The notes under the pieces were generated by a model. The model made no database searches. It was not told the origin of the DNA and worked only from the letters and a program-made list of their open reading frames with translations. A program made the translations under genes and the position numbers. A stretch of DNA of 63,930 nt, the filler included, from Folioceros fuciformis (Eukaryota), in NCBI GenBank assembly GCA_049999805.1. It is 5 parts of 5 records of this genome, joined end to end, with 100 filler letters (N's around TTAATTAATTAA, not from the genome) between each part and the next. Parts side by side here need not be neighbours in the genome. Positions count along the whole stretch, not along the records: positions 62,575 to 63,930 come from JBNGIO010005899.1; 4 more parts are not named here. One strand, given 5' to 3'. Shown one piece after another: positions 62,575 to 63,930 of the stretch. How positions within the stretch are numbered: the stretch's first letter is position 1; every line of letters begins with the position of its first letter.

Positions 62575-63930
62575 GGATCACCTGTTTTGTGAAGATTGCC
62601 AAGTTGGCAAGCTAGCCCAGAAGCCCTATAATGATCCTGACCCTTCCAAGGCAACTGGCTTGTTAGATGTTGTGCATTCGGACGTCTGTGGTCCTATGTC
62701 GACAACGTCTTTTGGTGGTGTTGTTTATTTTCTAACTTTTCTTGATGAATGGAGCCATTACTGCTGTTTATACTTCCTACATACACGCCAGCAAGTATAT
62801 GACAGTTTCTTAGATTATGTGAGTATGGCTGAAACACAAACTGGGTATACTTTGAAGAAGCTGAGAAGTGACAATGCTAAGGAATACCTTAGATATGATT
62901 TCCAGTCGTATTGCAGACAGAAAGGCATCCTCCACCAGTTAACTGTTCCCTACCATCCTGCACAAAACTCCTATGCTGAGAGATATAACCGAACATTGCA
63001 AGAACGCTGTAGGGCAACGTTGTCCTCAGCTGGTCTCACTCGTGGGTATTGGGCCGAAGCAATAGCAGCAGTGAATTATGTGCAGAATCGTTTACCTGTC
63101 AAACCTTTGTTCACCTATACGCCTTTTGAACGTTGGTGTGGACATAAGCCAAGGATTGGTCATCTTCGCATTTTTGGTGCCGCTGCATATGCATATATAC
63201 CAGCCGACAAACGTGGTAAGATGGACAACAGAGCTACTAAACATGTGTTTATAGGCTATTCCGAGCAATCTAAAGGATACAAATTATACAATCCCTATAC
63301 AAGGCAGCTTACCTTAGCTCGAAGCGTGAGTTTCAATGAGAGTTTCATATTAACTTCACATCAGCACTCTGTTACAAGCCATCAGCCACTTTCAGAACAA
63401 TCTGTTTATGGCCATGCCCCGCCAAATCAAGTGGAAGACGACCAGCTAGACATAGATATCGCCATTTTTCCTTCAGATTTTTCCGGATACTCCTACTGTT
63501 CAGCAACTGCCACAGATCCATGCTCCTAATCCTCAGCCATACGTCAACTTACCTAACATCTCTGTTCTAGATCATCCAGAGTATGCTCCACAGGACACAG
63601 ATGCCACTTTACCTGAACAAGATATGGCAGAGGTACCTCCACATCCTGAATGTGTGCCTGAACCTGAACCAGAGCATCAGGTATTACGTAGGTCAGCTAG
63701 GGTTCATCGTCCTAGGTCTGAGTGGTTAGAAAAACCGTATGAGCCAGGGGATACCCTAGCGTCCAGTCAACAACATGCATTACCACATACTAACCTTGCA
63801 GCTTTTACAAACACTGTAGCTTCTTCCATTTTAGATCCACCCAATACACCTGTCACATACCAGGAAGCTATCTCAGGTCCTCAAAAAGCAGCATGGCAAA
63901 AGGCAATCAACTCAGAGTATGATAGCATCA
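62575..63930 (+). mobile_element. Copia integrase region, diverged relative of element B (partial; gap on the left, window end on the right)
   Basis: LDVVHSDVCGPMST..LRSDNAKEYL..HPAQNSYAERYNRTLQER..GKMDNRATKHVFIGYSEQSKGYKLYNPYTRQLTLARSVSFNE is near-collinear with 37692-39080. Frameshift near 63480. Confidence 0.93.

Overview
Eukaryotic nuclear scaffold from a compact-genome, probably non-seed land plant. Short ~80-100 bp introns and GC-rich exons suggest a hornwort or lycophyte, but that assignment is inference. There are five 100-bp assembly gaps. Genes supported by the sequence: a 4-exon BELL (TALE) homeobox gene; a PRXL2/AhpC-TSA-like CxxC redoxin with a GC-AG intron; a decayed valyl-tRNA synthetase pseudogene whose 5.6-kb intron holds an intact, intronless Sas10/Utp3 gene with a telo-box/site-II promoter; an intronless WD40-only ATG16-like ORF; an AT-rich multi-exon PTEN with the HCKAGKGR motif; an intronless XPT plastid translocator; a germin-like protein plus a short germin-signal-peptide paralog; a K/E-rich ORF; and an NYN-domain nuclease. 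About half the window is LTR retrotransposon. This includes a three-level nest (PHD-finger-bearing Gypsy, then Copia A, then full-length Copia B with TSD ACAGT and TA..TA termini), a full-length Copia C with TG..GA termini, and several fragments. Most notable: the PHD-tailed Gypsy integrase, extra non-gag ORFs or long leaders between PBS and gag in several LTR elements, a PBS-adjacent 33-bp array resembling the tRNA-iMet 3' end, and the Sas10 gene nested in the ValRS pseudogene.
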